A stretch of DNA of 64,000 bases from Candidatus Latescibacterota bacterium (lineage in GTDB: Bacteria > Latescibacterota > UBA2968 > GCA-2709665). The stretch is taken from NCBI GenBank assembly GCA_965222075.1, contig OZ244937.1, positions 1,888,001 to 1,952,000 of the forward strand. The letters run 5' to 3'. Within the stretch, counting starts at the first letter, position 1. Every line of letters begins with the position of its first letter. A program made the translations under genes and the position numbers. A model generated the notes under the pieces. The model was not told the DNA's origin. It did no database searches and worked only from the letters and a program-made list of their open reading frames with translations. This document shows positions 46,708 to 57,400 of the stretch, one piece after another.

Positions 46708-47907
46708 ATGCGAACGCTCTTTATCTGTTTTTTACTCGGCAGCCTGGTCTGGTTAATCCAGCAGGGGCCAGCACCCTTCTCAGAACCAACTGCCTACCTG
46801 GGGCTTCTGATCGTCCTTCCAGTCCTGGCATCGCAGGTGGCTGGAAAGGGCGGTCTCCCTCCTTACATCGGGGCCCTGATCGCCGGATTTCTGTTGGGGC
46901 CAACAGGCCTCTTCTCTAAGTCTGCGCTTGATGCAATCCAGCCCTTTTCAGAACTCGCAGCAGCCTGGGTTGGGCTTTATCTGGGCGCCTCCTTCTCCCC
47001 CTCGATAATCTCCAACAGGCGGTCTTTATATGCCGCATCCGCCGCCGTCATCGGGACGGTCCTGATCACCTTCACATTCCTGCTCCTCACCGTTGACTTC
47101 GTCCCCGCGCATGCCCTCCAAATGGGGATTCTGGCCGCTCTGGCCGCCCCCTTTTTCACCCATTTCTCCCCGCCCAGCCCACGCAGAGCCCTGTCCTTCT
47201 CTCTGCTTACTACCGGTCTGGGCCTTGTACTTTGGGGGATCTTCCTGGCCATCCACACGCCAGCCGTTCTAACCTTTTCTCAACCGCTTCCGGCGCTTGT
47301 GTTGTGGGGAATTGGAATTGAATTGGTCTATCGATGCGCACACAGGATTCGGACAGAGCCCGGTCGATACATCCTCTTTGGCGCCACAACCCTGCTCATC
47401 CTCATCGCATCCCGGAGCCTCCAGTTCTCATCCCTCTTTCTATCCTTACTCACCGGACTGGCCCTCTCTCTCCGCTGTGGTCAGAACCGTGAATCCTTCC
47501 GCACCCTGGAGGGCCTGTCGGGACTGCTTGTCTCCCTCGTCCTGGCCCACTTTGCAGCCCGGCTCAATCCAGTCGGGGCCTTACAACTTGCCCCCTCCCA
47601 CTGGCAGGTCCTCTTGATCTATGCCGCTTCTATGGCCGTTGGAAAAACGGTTGGAAGCGTTTTGGGAAGCCGTCTAACCGCCAGTCCTTTCCGGGACTGG
47701 TCACAGATTTTACCCCAGGGCCTTCTGGCCGGCGTCCTCATTCCCCAGGTACTCCCCCTCCAGAGCTTCACCGCCCTCTCCCCTCCGGCCGCAATAGAAA
47801 CCGGACTCATCCTCATCTGCGGCATCGCAATCCCAATCCTGCTCCGCCCGGTTTGGATGTTGGTCGAGAAAATAGAAATCAAGAGGAATTTTAAGACAGC
47901 TACTTAA
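46708..47907 (+). CDS. Second CPA2-like membrane protein
   Basis: 'GLPPYIGALIAGFLLGP', 'VGLYLG', 'GKTVG', 'LPQG'; starts just after its partner's stop. Confidence 0.65.
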   Translation: MRTLFICFLLGSLVWLIQQGPAPFSEPTAYLGLLIVLPVLASQVAGKGGLPPYIGALIAGFLLGPTGLFSKSALDAIQPFSELAAAWVGLYLGASFSPSIISNRRSLYAASAAVIGTVLITFTFLLLTVDFVPAHALQMGILAALAAPFFTHFSPPSPRRALSFSLLTTGLGLVLWGIFLAIHTPAVLTFSQPLPALVLWGIGIELVYRCAHRIRTEPGRYILFGATTLLILIASRSLQFSSLFLSLLTGLALSLRCGQNRESFRTLEGLSGLLVSLVLAHFAARLNPVGALQLAPSHWQVLLIYAASMAVGKTVGSVLGSRLTASPFRDWSQILPQGLLAGVLIPQVLPLQSFTALSPPAAIETGLILICGIAIPILLRPVWMLVEKIEIKRNFKTAT

Positions 47908-49229
47908 CGATCCAGTTCTCTGGACCAACTTGCCGGATCCGTTTCATCAATTCGTGAGTAAGTTTTCCAGTACCGAATTTCGTCCTGAAATCCAAATGGC
48001 TTGCAGGCCGCCGGATATTTATTGCAGAGAATCCCGTGCTTGAATACCAACCCTTTCATTCGCGCCGAGACGACCACTTTGGTGGTTGGCGGTGGCAGGA
48101 TTTTGAGAAGGCTAACAGACCTCTTAAGGTGGGGCACAATAATCAGGAACAGGCACACCCACGCCGCCATAAAAAGGTACGGATCATAATAAGGAAACCT
48201 CGGCACCCATCCCTTATTATTCAACCAGCCGTGCACCCGATCACCCACACGATCAAACAACGGCACCAGCAGATTCACCACCACAAGCATGAGGATTTTG
48301 TCATAATATGTGGGCTGGCCGATATACCGCAAAATAACATAGGTGGCCAGTATCCCGGCGCCGTAGACTAACCCATACAGCAACCTTCCCACATTTGTTC
48401 TTGGAGAAGTACGCGGATCGGTCGCCAGCAGGGTTATGCCAATAAACACGGCCGCATCGATGGGCGTGGGGATTAACGGCAAATTCAGAACGGATGTGAA
48501 AAAGAAGAAAAGCAAACTGAGAGCAAGTGCTGCCCCGGCAGTAATCAGCACAATCGGGAAGAAGAATTGGAGAACAATTCCCAACAGAAATAGAACCTCA
48601 TATAGATTCGGCGGGAGATAGAAGGCCACAATAAAATCCAGGCCCCCTGTCATATAAATAGAGCCGGTACTCATAAGAACGACACTCGTCGCGGCCAGTG
48701 CGAACCCCGACGGATTGAAAACATGTCTCAACTCGCCGTCCTGACGCCACTGAATGAATTCTTTGGCCAAAAATGCCACAAAGAGCATCACGAGCTGGAA
48801 GTAGAAATACTCCTCGTTGAACCAGATAAACAAATTGAGGCTCAATGTAACCGGAATGGGTAAGAACGCCAGGCGCCAGGGCTTTCGCCTCGACCAGGAC
48901 AGAAGCCCTTCAACCAAATAGGCGAATATGATCTGGACTATGATAAGCAGAACGCGGCTTCCAACCTCTTCCCAATAAAGTCCCCAGTAGACATAAAGGC
49001 AGGTCTGCGCGGGCACCAGGATGTAATGGTGTTTTCGGATCCTCTGTTGAATTTCAAAAGTCGTTCCCACACGACGGCCGTGCAAGAACAGGACAATTTG
49101 CCAGATCAACAGGCCAATGGCCGCCGCAAAGACCGAAACCGTCAGTGTGAGGTTATGGCGGAGAGACACCAACCACGAAACCCCGAACATAAGGGCATTG
49201 AGAATGACGATTACTTTTGCGACCTGCAC
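47904..49229 (-). CDS. RnfD/NqrB-like (UnbU-type) membrane protein
   Basis: 'HVFNPSGFAL', 'ATDPRTSP...GRLLYG'; many TMs; visibly more AT-rich. Confidence 0.65.
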   Translation of the reverse strand: MQVAKVIVILNALMFGVSWLVSLRHNLTLTVSVFAAAIGLLIWQIVLFLHGRRVGTTFEIQQRIRKHHYILVPAQTCLYVYWGLYWEEVGSRVLLIIVQIIFAYLVEGLLSWSRRKPWRLAFLPIPVTLSLNLFIWFNEEYFYFQLVMLFVAFLAKEFIQWRQDGELRHVFNPSGFALAATSVVLMSTGSIYMTGGLDFIVAFYLPPNLYEVLFLLGIVLQFFFPIVLITAGAALALSLLFFFFTSVLNLPLIPTPIDAAVFIGITLLATDPRTSPRTNVGRLLYGLVYGAGILATYVILRYIGQPTYYDKILMLVVVNLLVPLFDRVGDRVHGWLNNKGWVPRFPYYDPYLFMAAWVCLFLIIVPHLKRSVSLLKILPPPTTKVVVSARMKGLVFKHGILCNKYPAACKPFGFQDEIRYWKTYSRIDETDPASWSRELDR

Positions 49230-49276
49230 CGAAACCTCCTTTCAAAAATCCGGGCCACGAAAAAATAAGTGGGATC

Positions 49277-50518
49277 CTACGGCTTCAGCCACTTCTTCAG
49301 GAACGCGAGACTCTTCCCCATCACGATTTCGTGGCCTCCTTCATGCAGATCGATCTCAATCCGGTCCCCGATCCCCAGTTTCTCGTAGTGCGCCCTGGAA
49401 TCCTCGTACTCCTCCAGCATCATCGGCCACCAGCCGATCCCGTCGGCCTTCCCCTGCTCCACCAGCAGGGGAACGGGGCAAATCAGCGAAACCAGGTCGC
49501 TGTCGGTAAACTCGCGCAGCCACCCGGGAATCCAGATATGCTCTTCGTCCACCGACAGGAAACAGCTATAGCGCGGATCGTCCACGGCCATCTTATTCCG
49601 CCGGTGGTTGAACCACGCGCACACCACCGCAGCCTTGATTCGGGACTCCAGCGGGGTCGTGAACATCGTATAGGCCCCGCCCAGGCTGATCCCGTACATC
49701 CCCGTGCGCTCGACGTCGACCTCGGGACGCGTCTCCAGGTAATCCAGCAGGCGCTTCGTGCGGTAAATCTCCAGCCCCCAGATCGTCTTGCCCAGAAGCT
49801 TGCACAGGCGTTCCATGCGGGCCCGGGGGTGAGCGCCCGTGATATTCATGGGCACGATCACGGCAAATCCCTCCTCGGCCAGCGTCCGACCGTAACCCTT
49901 GTAGATGTCGGATGGGTCGTCCAGCCCGAACACGCGCTCCGGAGAGGAACCGATGCCGTGCTGGGCGATCACCAGCGGGGCCGGGCCTTTGCGCCCTTTG
50001 GGCAGCGCCAGGATGCCCCGCCCGCGGAGGTTTCCGACAAGGTCGATCGTAAGCCACCACGCCTGGATCTTGTCGTCTTCGTACCAGAGTTCGAGCACCG
50101 GGTTGAGCGGCTGCTCTTCGATCTCGAAATCGCCCAGTGTCTGGCGCCAGCGTGCCCGGTTGGGCGCCACCGACTTCTCGAACGCCTCGATCGACGAATA
50201 GTCCCGGTGCCAGTAAGCCTTTTGACGGGGTTCGTAGTCCAGAATCACGCTACGCAGATAGTCCTCGGTCTCGTTCCGGAGCAGGTGCTGCCGGTCGCTG
50301 ACCCATCGGCTGATGACCTCCGGACGCTGTTTGTAGGGGTTGGGAACATCCTGCATACCGGCCTCCTCCTTTGAGAGTACCCTGGCATCCTTACGCTTCC
50401 CGGAAGCCGCCTTGCTTCCGGGGTCTCCGTAAACGAGCGCCGTCCAAAACCCCGGAGCGACCCCCAGAACAACTGTTAAGATCCCTGCTGCAAGCGCCTT
50501 TCGTCCGACATTGGCCAT
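49277..50518 (-). CDS. Exported alpha/beta hydrolase (dienelactone hydrolase/acetylesterase-like)
   Basis: Signal peptide; 'IAQHG', nucleophile elbow GISLGG, 'EQGKAD', 'GGHE'. Confidence 0.85.
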   Translation of the reverse strand: MANVGRKALAAGILTVVLGVAPGFWTALVYGDPGSKAASGKRKDARVLSKEEAGMQDVPNPYKQRPEVISRWVSDRQHLLRNETEDYLRSVILDYEPRQKAYWHRDYSSIEAFEKSVAPNRARWRQTLGDFEIEEQPLNPVLELWYEDDKIQAWWLTIDLVGNLRGRGILALPKGRKGPAPLVIAQHGIGSSPERVFGLDDPSDIYKGYGRTLAEEGFAVIVPMNITGAHPRARMERLCKLLGKTIWGLEIYRTKRLLDYLETRPEVDVERTGMYGISLGGAYTMFTTPLESRIKAAVVCAWFNHRRNKMAVDDPRYSCFLSVDEEHIWIPGWLREFTDSDLVSLICPVPLLVEQGKADGIGWWPMMLEEYEDSRAHYEKLGIGDRIEIDLHEGGHEIVMGKSLAFLKKWLKP

Positions 50519-50633
50519 CTTCTCCCTCCTTTGCGTCGCGCGCCGCGCCCTCCGGGGTCAGGGGAGGGTCGCGAACTCGTGCGTATAAAAACGGAACCGG
50601 TTCCCCCCATCGGCCAGCCGGACCCGCCATCCC

Positions 50634-53600
50634 TCATTCTCGGACCTGCCATCCTCTAACCTCCCCCCGGTCTGTGGCCAGCACCACGCTCCCTTCCAAA
50701 CACTCGATACAGGTGGGCATACCCGTAATATGGTCCATCCGGACAACCTCCCCCTCGCCATCTATAAAAGCCACCGTGCCGTCCTCACATCCCACGGCGA
50801 TGCGTACTTCGCCCTTCGCACCAATGCACGCCAGAACGGTTGGCGGATTGGGAAGCCGCCGGGTCCAGACCTTCCGGCACCGATGGTCCAGGGCGATCAC
50901 CATCCCGTTGGAGGTCGCTGAAAGGATCTCCTTCTTGCCGTCACCGTCCAGATCGGCAAGATCCAGATCGCGCATATTCTGCGCTGGAATGTTCTGCCCC
51001 GGCCCGAAGTTGGCGTTGTACAGCGGCGTCCCGTCACTCGCCCACACGCTCACGCGGTTCCAGGCCCCGTTGACCTCGCTGACCACCTCTTTTTTTCCGT
51101 CGCCATCTATATCATCATAAAAAATGTGCTTGCGGCTCATACACGCCCACCCCCCGATATTCGTGTGTCCGGAAGGAACGTCGTTGAAACCGCGTGGCTT
51201 TGGATCCAGCGTACGGTTGTTCACCACCGCCAGGGCGTGCGAGTCTGTGGGCTGGCGTGCAATCAGGAGGTTGATGCTCCCCGCGGGGCCGTCAATAAGC
51301 GCGAATTTCGACCCCGGCCCCCAGAACACCGGCAGCCGCTTGACGAGTTCCCCGTTCTCGTCGATGATCTCCAGCGTGCACGCACCCCCCACAAAAGCCT
51401 GACTTTTTCCGTTGAGAAACACACCTGTGTGAAGCCCGTGCACCCCCTCGTGCCCCGGAGCCGACTTGAACCAGTAGGGTTTTGCAGCCCGGAACACAGC
51501 GGGGTCTTCCTGGCACACGAACACCCACTTCCGTTCGCCGGTAGCCAGGTCAAAGGCAATCACCTTTTCGTCCACGCAGCCCACCAGCAGCAGGCCGTGT
51601 TCCTCCCACCAGCGCAACAGGCGAACAGGACCCTCCGTACGGAGCGTTCGGACCTCCTCCCCGTCCTGTCCCAACACGTGAACCCTCTCCCCTTCAGCCG
51701 CACAGATCCGTATCCCACCATCGGAGGAAATGGTCACAAGATCTACAACTTCCCCGCCCACATCTGTAGTAAAAATCGTGGGCAGCGACGGTACATCCAG
51801 CCTGAGGAGCGGGCTTGCCGCTTCTACAAACCGCTCCCGCTCTCCCCGTCCCTGGACCAGGAGCGACTTGAGCCGACCGATCACCTTTTCAAGCGCCCCC
51901 GAATCCGGCACAGCGCCTGAAACGGTATGACGTCCCGCAGCAATCCGAAATGCCGAAAGACCGTCGGACCCTCTCTCTAAATCCAGTGCCTCCCCGTCCA
52001 TCCGCAACACCGGGGCGTTCTCAAGAGCCAGACGTATCTCCGTGTCACAGTCGGCAACCACCTCCAGGATACCCTTTTGAAAGTCCCAATCGACATGTAC
52101 GGGCACATCCGCAGTAAAGAGAGGCACATCAAGCGCAGCCCCTCTCAATCCCATCCCGTGGAGATGGTCCTGTGCCAGCACCACCAGCTCGCCCTGAAGT
52201 CCACCATACTCGCCCACAACGGCAACAGCCGGCTCCGGCAGCGCCAGAACCCCTGCGTTCTCCTCCAGCCGCGCACACACCAGAGGCGTGTCCGGTGTGC
52301 CTCTGTCTCCTGCGACGAGTGAAAAGAAGATCTTCCGCCCTCCATCCTGTGTCGAACCCAGCCACGCCATCCTTGCCTCGCCATCCTCAACGGTGGTCTC
52401 AACCGGGTCCGACATACGGATCTCAAAAGGCGTCTCCATTCCTTCGATGCGAACACTACCTCCATCCGGCATCGTCTCCCATGCCCCATTCCCCTGCCAG
52501 AGGATCTCCACCTCCATATCCTCGCTGTCGGCGCGAAAGGTCAGCCTGTCCACAATCAGGGCATACCGATCCACACGTTGAGCCAGGATCCTCCGCCAGC
52601 TGCAAAACGCCGCTTTGGGTGTCTCACCCACCGCCACGGCAGTCTGCCCCACCATATCCCGGTAGCGGAACGCGGCATCCATGGCTACCTCCGGCTCCAC
52701 CATGCCATCAGCCCTTGTCAGGACCTGGTTCAGGAAACCCTCAAGCACCGTCTGTCCGCCCAGCCGCAGTTCCAGAATTGGGAACGTGTGGTACGGATTG
52801 CGCGATGCGCCGTTCAAGCCTTTGATCAGGACGAAGTCCCCCAAAGCATCGGGCGCGCTCCGAAAGCTGCTGAACTGAAAGGACTCCTCCAGCGGCAGGC
52901 CGCTGGCGCGACTCTCCCACATCGGCCGGGCTACGGATAGCGTGCTCCACTTTCTCAGCAGATTAACCGGCAGTTCCGGCTTGAGGTGGGCTTCGGGCCA
53001 GTACGACTGGCCGATACGGGAGATCTCCAGGTCAATCCCGGTGCGACGCAGATATTCCAGATAACGGCCGTCTTGCATGACATAGGCTGCCTTGTGGAGA
53101 TATCCGATGGAAGCCGCATTGAGCACCGCGTCAGGCTCGCGACCGGAAATGAGGACCTCCTGTCCGAGAAGCAGCGTGGCAAGCACTCCGTTCTCGATCA
53201 GCTTCCGGTCGCCCGTAAACAGCATGTAAGTGAGTATAGGATCCATCCCGGTATTGTACCAGTTCAGGTTGTCGTCCTCACTTTGCACCCAGTGATGCCG
53301 GTGCAGCGGAGAGAAGTACCACCTGGCACCGTCAACACAGTGCTGCCACAGCGGATCGGGATAGTCCTTTTGAAAGTACCGACCCAGGCAGTAGAGGGCA
53401 ACCGCCGACCACTTCGCGTGTCGGGTGCCCACCTGGGGTGGCGGTTCGGCGTACGCATCTTCACCTTTCAGAAAATTTTCATGGATCTGCTTGCGCCAGC
53501 CCTGCTCCTGCGGATGGCTGAGCTGTTTGGACAAGGCATTGGCGACCCGCAGGCGTTCCTCATCGGTAAACACCGGGCTCTCTTCGATCAAATCCCAGTA

Positions 53601-54386
53601 CAGAACCATTATATGGGCGCCGTAGTGGTAAGGGCCACTCAATGGCTCGTCCTTGTTTTCAACCTGTTCGCCGTCGACCTCCGCGACCTCAGCCTTCGCC
53701 TGGTCATCCGGAAAAGCCAGACGGATGGCCTCCCGGGCGTGGAATTCATCCCCCGTCATATAGTACATTGCCATCCGCTTGCTGATGCTGTTCCATCCGA
53801 ATTTGCCGTCTTTCCCCATTCCAGCAGCAATATCCCAGGTCTCGACATCTCTCACGTCCTGCGGCACCTGAATTCCCTTCCCGAGCTGGACCTCCATCAG
53901 CCAGCCGACAGAGAGCGTTCCATCGCCGGCCTCTGCCTGTGCCAACTTCTCGATGAACACCTCGACCGCCTCGGCGATTCCGACCGCGTCGCTGCCGCCT
54001 GCAAAAATAACGTTGTGACCGCCCCCGAAGGGATTGTGCAAAGACCGCACCTCATGGCCTTCCGGGCCGGGATACCGCAAATCCAGCAACGTATAGTACC
54101 GGTTGTAGAGTTCCTCGATGGTCTTATTCGTCGACCGGTTGCCCAAAACGATCAGATTGCCTGTAATCGGCACGGCTCCTGCTGGGGAATCATCCGTTGC
54201 AATGGGGACTTTAACACCTGAAAGCTTTTCAATAACCTCCTGTATCTGAGAAGCCTCCTCACCGTAGATGCCGCTGCCGGCAGTCACAATGGTTGCGTTT
54301 GACCTGCCCTCTTTTACCAGATCCGTGGTCAGATGCAAATCCTTAAGCTCTGTATAAACTGGATGAATACCTTCAACAGTCTCCAT
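50634..54386 (-). CDS. Large multidomain protein with C-terminal FG-GAP/VCBS propeller (copy 1)
   Basis: N-terminal GH20/GH67-N-like alpha/beta domain ('NLIVLGN...YPGPEG..VRS..NPFG.G.NVI..GGSD..G'), helical core, beta-sandwich, then 'DIDGDGKKEV' and 'DLDGDGKKEI'. Confidence 0.75.
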   Translation of the reverse strand: METVEGIHPVYTELKDLHLTTDLVKEGRSNATIVTAGSGIYGEEASQIQEVIEKLSGVKVPIATDDSPAGAVPITGNLIVLGNRSTNKTIEELYNRYYTLLDLRYPGPEGHEVRSLHNPFGGGHNVIFAGGSDAVGIAEAVEVFIEKLAQAEAGDGTLSVGWLMEVQLGKGIQVPQDVRDVETWDIAAGMGKDGKFGWNSISKRMAMYYMTGDEFHAREAIRLAFPDDQAKAEVAEVDGEQVENKDEPLSGPYHYGAHIMVLYWDLIEESPVFTDEERLRVANALSKQLSHPQEQGWRKQIHENFLKGEDAYAEPPPQVGTRHAKWSAVALYCLGRYFQKDYPDPLWQHCVDGARWYFSPLHRHHWVQSEDDNLNWYNTGMDPILTYMLFTGDRKLIENGVLATLLLGQEVLISGREPDAVLNAASIGYLHKAAYVMQDGRYLEYLRRTGIDLEISRIGQSYWPEAHLKPELPVNLLRKWSTLSVARPMWESRASGLPLEESFQFSSFRSAPDALGDFVLIKGLNGASRNPYHTFPILELRLGGQTVLEGFLNQVLTRADGMVEPEVAMDAAFRYRDMVGQTAVAVGETPKAAFCSWRRILAQRVDRYALIVDRLTFRADSEDMEVEILWQGNGAWETMPDGGSVRIEGMETPFEIRMSDPVETTVEDGEARMAWLGSTQDGGRKIFFSLVAGDRGTPDTPLVCARLEENAGVLALPEPAVAVVGEYGGLQGELVVLAQDHLHGMGLRGAALDVPLFTADVPVHVDWDFQKGILEVVADCDTEIRLALENAPVLRMDGEALDLERGSDGLSAFRIAAGRHTVSGAVPDSGALEKVIGRLKSLLVQGRGERERFVEAASPLLRLDVPSLPTIFTTDVGGEVVDLVTISSDGGIRICAAEGERVHVLGQDGEEVRTLRTEGPVRLLRWWEEHGLLLVGCVDEKVIAFDLATGERKWVFVCQEDPAVFRAAKPYWFKSAPGHEGVHGLHTGVFLNGKSQAFVGGACTLEIIDENGELVKRLPVFWGPGSKFALIDGPAGSINLLIARQPTDSHALAVVNNRTLDPKPRGFNDVPSGHTNIGGWACMSRKHIFYDDIDGDGKKEVVSEVNGAWNRVSVWASDGTPLYNANFGPGQNIPAQNMRDLDLADLDGDGKKEILSATSNGMVIALDHRCRKVWTRRLPNPPTVLACIGAKGEVRIAVGCEDGTVAFIDGEGEVVRMDHITGMPTCIECLEGSVVLATDRGEVRGWQVRE

Positions 54387-54467
54387 CGGATTTCTCTCCC
54401 GTGACGGACGGCCCCTCCAAACAACCTGAATGTCCGGATACGAATACCGTCCGTATAACACCAGAAC

Positions 54468-57400
54468 CTAACGCTCCACTTTCCACCCCTTGACCTCGCC
54501 CTCCTCCGTTGCCAGCACCACACCTCCATTCAAACGCTCGATACAGGTCGGTCTGCCCGTAACCCCATCCATCCGAACGATCTCTCCTTCACCGTCCAGC
54601 ACCACCACCATACCGTCCTCGCAGCCTGCGACGATCCGCGGTGCGCCTTCCACATCAACACAGGTCAAGACAGTCGGCGGACTGGGAAGCCGTCTGGCCC
54701 AGATCTTATTGCACTGGTAGTCCAGGGCGATCACCATCCCGTTGGAGGTCGCTGCAAGGATCTCCTTCTTGCCGTCACCGTCCAGATCGGCAACATCCAG
54801 ATCGCGCACGTTTTCTGGAGGAGGGACAAGAACCGGCACCTCCTGTTTCGCCGGACCGAAGTTGACGTTGTACAGCGGCGTCCCATCGCTCGCCCACACC
54901 GTGATGTGGTTCCAGGTCCCGACGATCTCACTGATAACTTCCTTTTGCCCGTCGCCGTCCAGATCCTCATAAAAAATGTGGTTGCGGCTCGCGCATCCCC
55001 ATGCATCGACATACGTGTGGCCGGGAGGTACACCGTGGAAGCTGCGCGGCTTCGGGTCCAGCGTGCGATTGTTGATCACCGCCAGGGAGTGCGTGTCCGC
55101 GGGCCGTCGCCCAACAAGCAGATTGATGCTCCCCTCCGGACCGTCGATCAGTTCAAATACCGCGCCCGGCCCCCAGAACACAGCCACCCGCTTGACCAGT
55201 TCGCCGTTCTCGTCGATGATCTCCAGTGTACAGGCGCTTCCCACAAAGGCCTGGCTCTTCCCATCCAGAAACACACCGGCGTGAAGCCCGTGAATCCCCC
55301 CGTGCCCCGGCGCAGACTTGAACCAGTACGTCTTCGCCGCTCGGAACACATCCGGGTCCATCTCGGAAACAAAGACCCACTTGCGGTCGCCGGTAGACGG
55401 GTCAAAGGCAATCACCTTCTCGTCCGCACAGCCTGCCAGCAGCAGATTGTGCTCTTCCCACCAGCGTAGCACCCGAATAGGACCATCTGTCCAGAGCGTC
55501 CGGACCTCCGCTCCGTCCTTTGTCAACACATGTACCACTTCCCCCTCGGCCACGCAGATCCGCATCCCTCCGTCTGTGAGAATAGTGACGAGGTTCACAA
55601 CTTCGCCGCCTACACTTGTGGTAAAGACCGCGGGCAGTGTCGGAACATCGGGTCTGGGAAAGTGACCAGCAATCTCCACAAGCCGATTCCGCTCATTCCG
55701 GCCCTGGTTCAGGAGGCCATTGAGCCGACCTCTCACCTTCTCAAGCGCTTCCGGGTCCGGTCCGGCACCTGAGACGATATGCCGCCCAGCGGCAATCCGA
55801 AATGAAGTAAGACCGTCGGCCCTCCCCTCCAGACGCAACACTTCCCCATCTATCCGCAATTCGGAGACAACCCCAAGAGCCAGGCAAATCTCCGCGTCCC
55901 TATCGGATACCACCTCCAGGATACCCCTTTGAAAGTCCCAATCGACATGTACGGGCACATCCGCAGTAAAGAGAGGCGCATCAAGCGCAGCCCCCTTCAT
56001 TCCCACCCCGTGGAGATGGTCCTGAGCCAGCACAACCAGCTCGCCCTGAAGCCCACCGTACTCACCCACAACGGCAACTGCCGGCTCTGGCAGCGCCAGG
56101 GCCGCTGCGGTGTCTCCCAACCGCACACAACCCGGAGAGACATCCGAGGCGCCTTTACCACTGGCAATAAGAGAAAAGAAGATTTTCTGTTCTCCGTCCC
56201 GCACAGAATCGCGCCACACCATCCTCGCCTTTCCCAAAACCTTTTTCCGAGTTGGGCTCCCGCTCATAAAAACCATACCTCCCACTTCACCCTCGACCGT
56301 GGTCTTAAGCGGATCCGACATATGGATTCCAAGGGGTCTCTCCATTCCTTCGATGCGAACACTACCTCCATCCTGCATCGCCTCCCATGTCCCATTCCCC
56401 TGCCACTGGATTTCTACTTCCATATTCTCGCTGTCGGCGCGAAACGCCAGATTATCCACGATCAGGGCATACCGACCCACGCGTTGGGCCAGCGTCCTCC
56501 GCCAGGTGGAAAACGGCGCTTTGGGTGTCTCGCCCACCGCCACGGCGGTCTGACCGACCACATTCCGATGCCACAGCGCCGCGTCCATGGCCACCTGCGG
56601 CCCCACCATGCCGTCCGCCCTTGTCAGAACCCGGTTCAGAAAACCCTCCAGGACCGTCTGCCCGTCCAGCCGCAGTTCCAGAACCGCAAAGGTGTGATAC
56701 GGGTGGCGTCCCGCGCCGTTCCAGCCTTTGATCAGAATGAGATCCCCCGAAGCATCGGGCGCGCTTCGGAAGCTGCCAACCAGAAAGGAACCCTCAATTG
56801 GCAGCCCGCTGGAGCGCTCCTGCCACATCGGTTTAAGCATCGGTTGAATGGTCCACTTTCCCACCAGGTCCACCGGCAGTTCCGGCTTAAGGTGCGCTTC
56901 GGGCCAGAACGACTGGCCCAGGCGGAATACATCCAGGTCGATCCCCGTGCGGCGCAGATATTCCAGATAGCGGCCATCCTGCATCAGATAGGCGGCCTTA
57001 TGGAGAAATCCGATAGAAGCCGAGACGAGCACTTTGTCGGGCTCAGGACCGGAAATGAGGATCTCCTGTCCGCGAAGCAGTATGGCGAGCACCCCGTTCT
57101 CGACCGGCCCCCGATCCCCCGCAAACAGCATATAGGAGAGAGCAGGGGCGATACCGGTATTGTACCAGTAGAGATGTTCGTACGCCGCATTTACCCGATC
57201 GGGCTGATGCAGCGGGACAAAATATGCCTTGACCGCGTCAATACACTTCTGCCAGAATGGATCGGAATAGCCCCTCTGAAAATAGCGAGCGAGGCAGTAA
57301 AGGGACACGTACGACCACACCCCGTGGCGGTCACCGGCCGACCACACGCGGTCACCGGCCCTGGATTCATATATCTGCCTGCGCCAGCCCTGTTCCTGCG

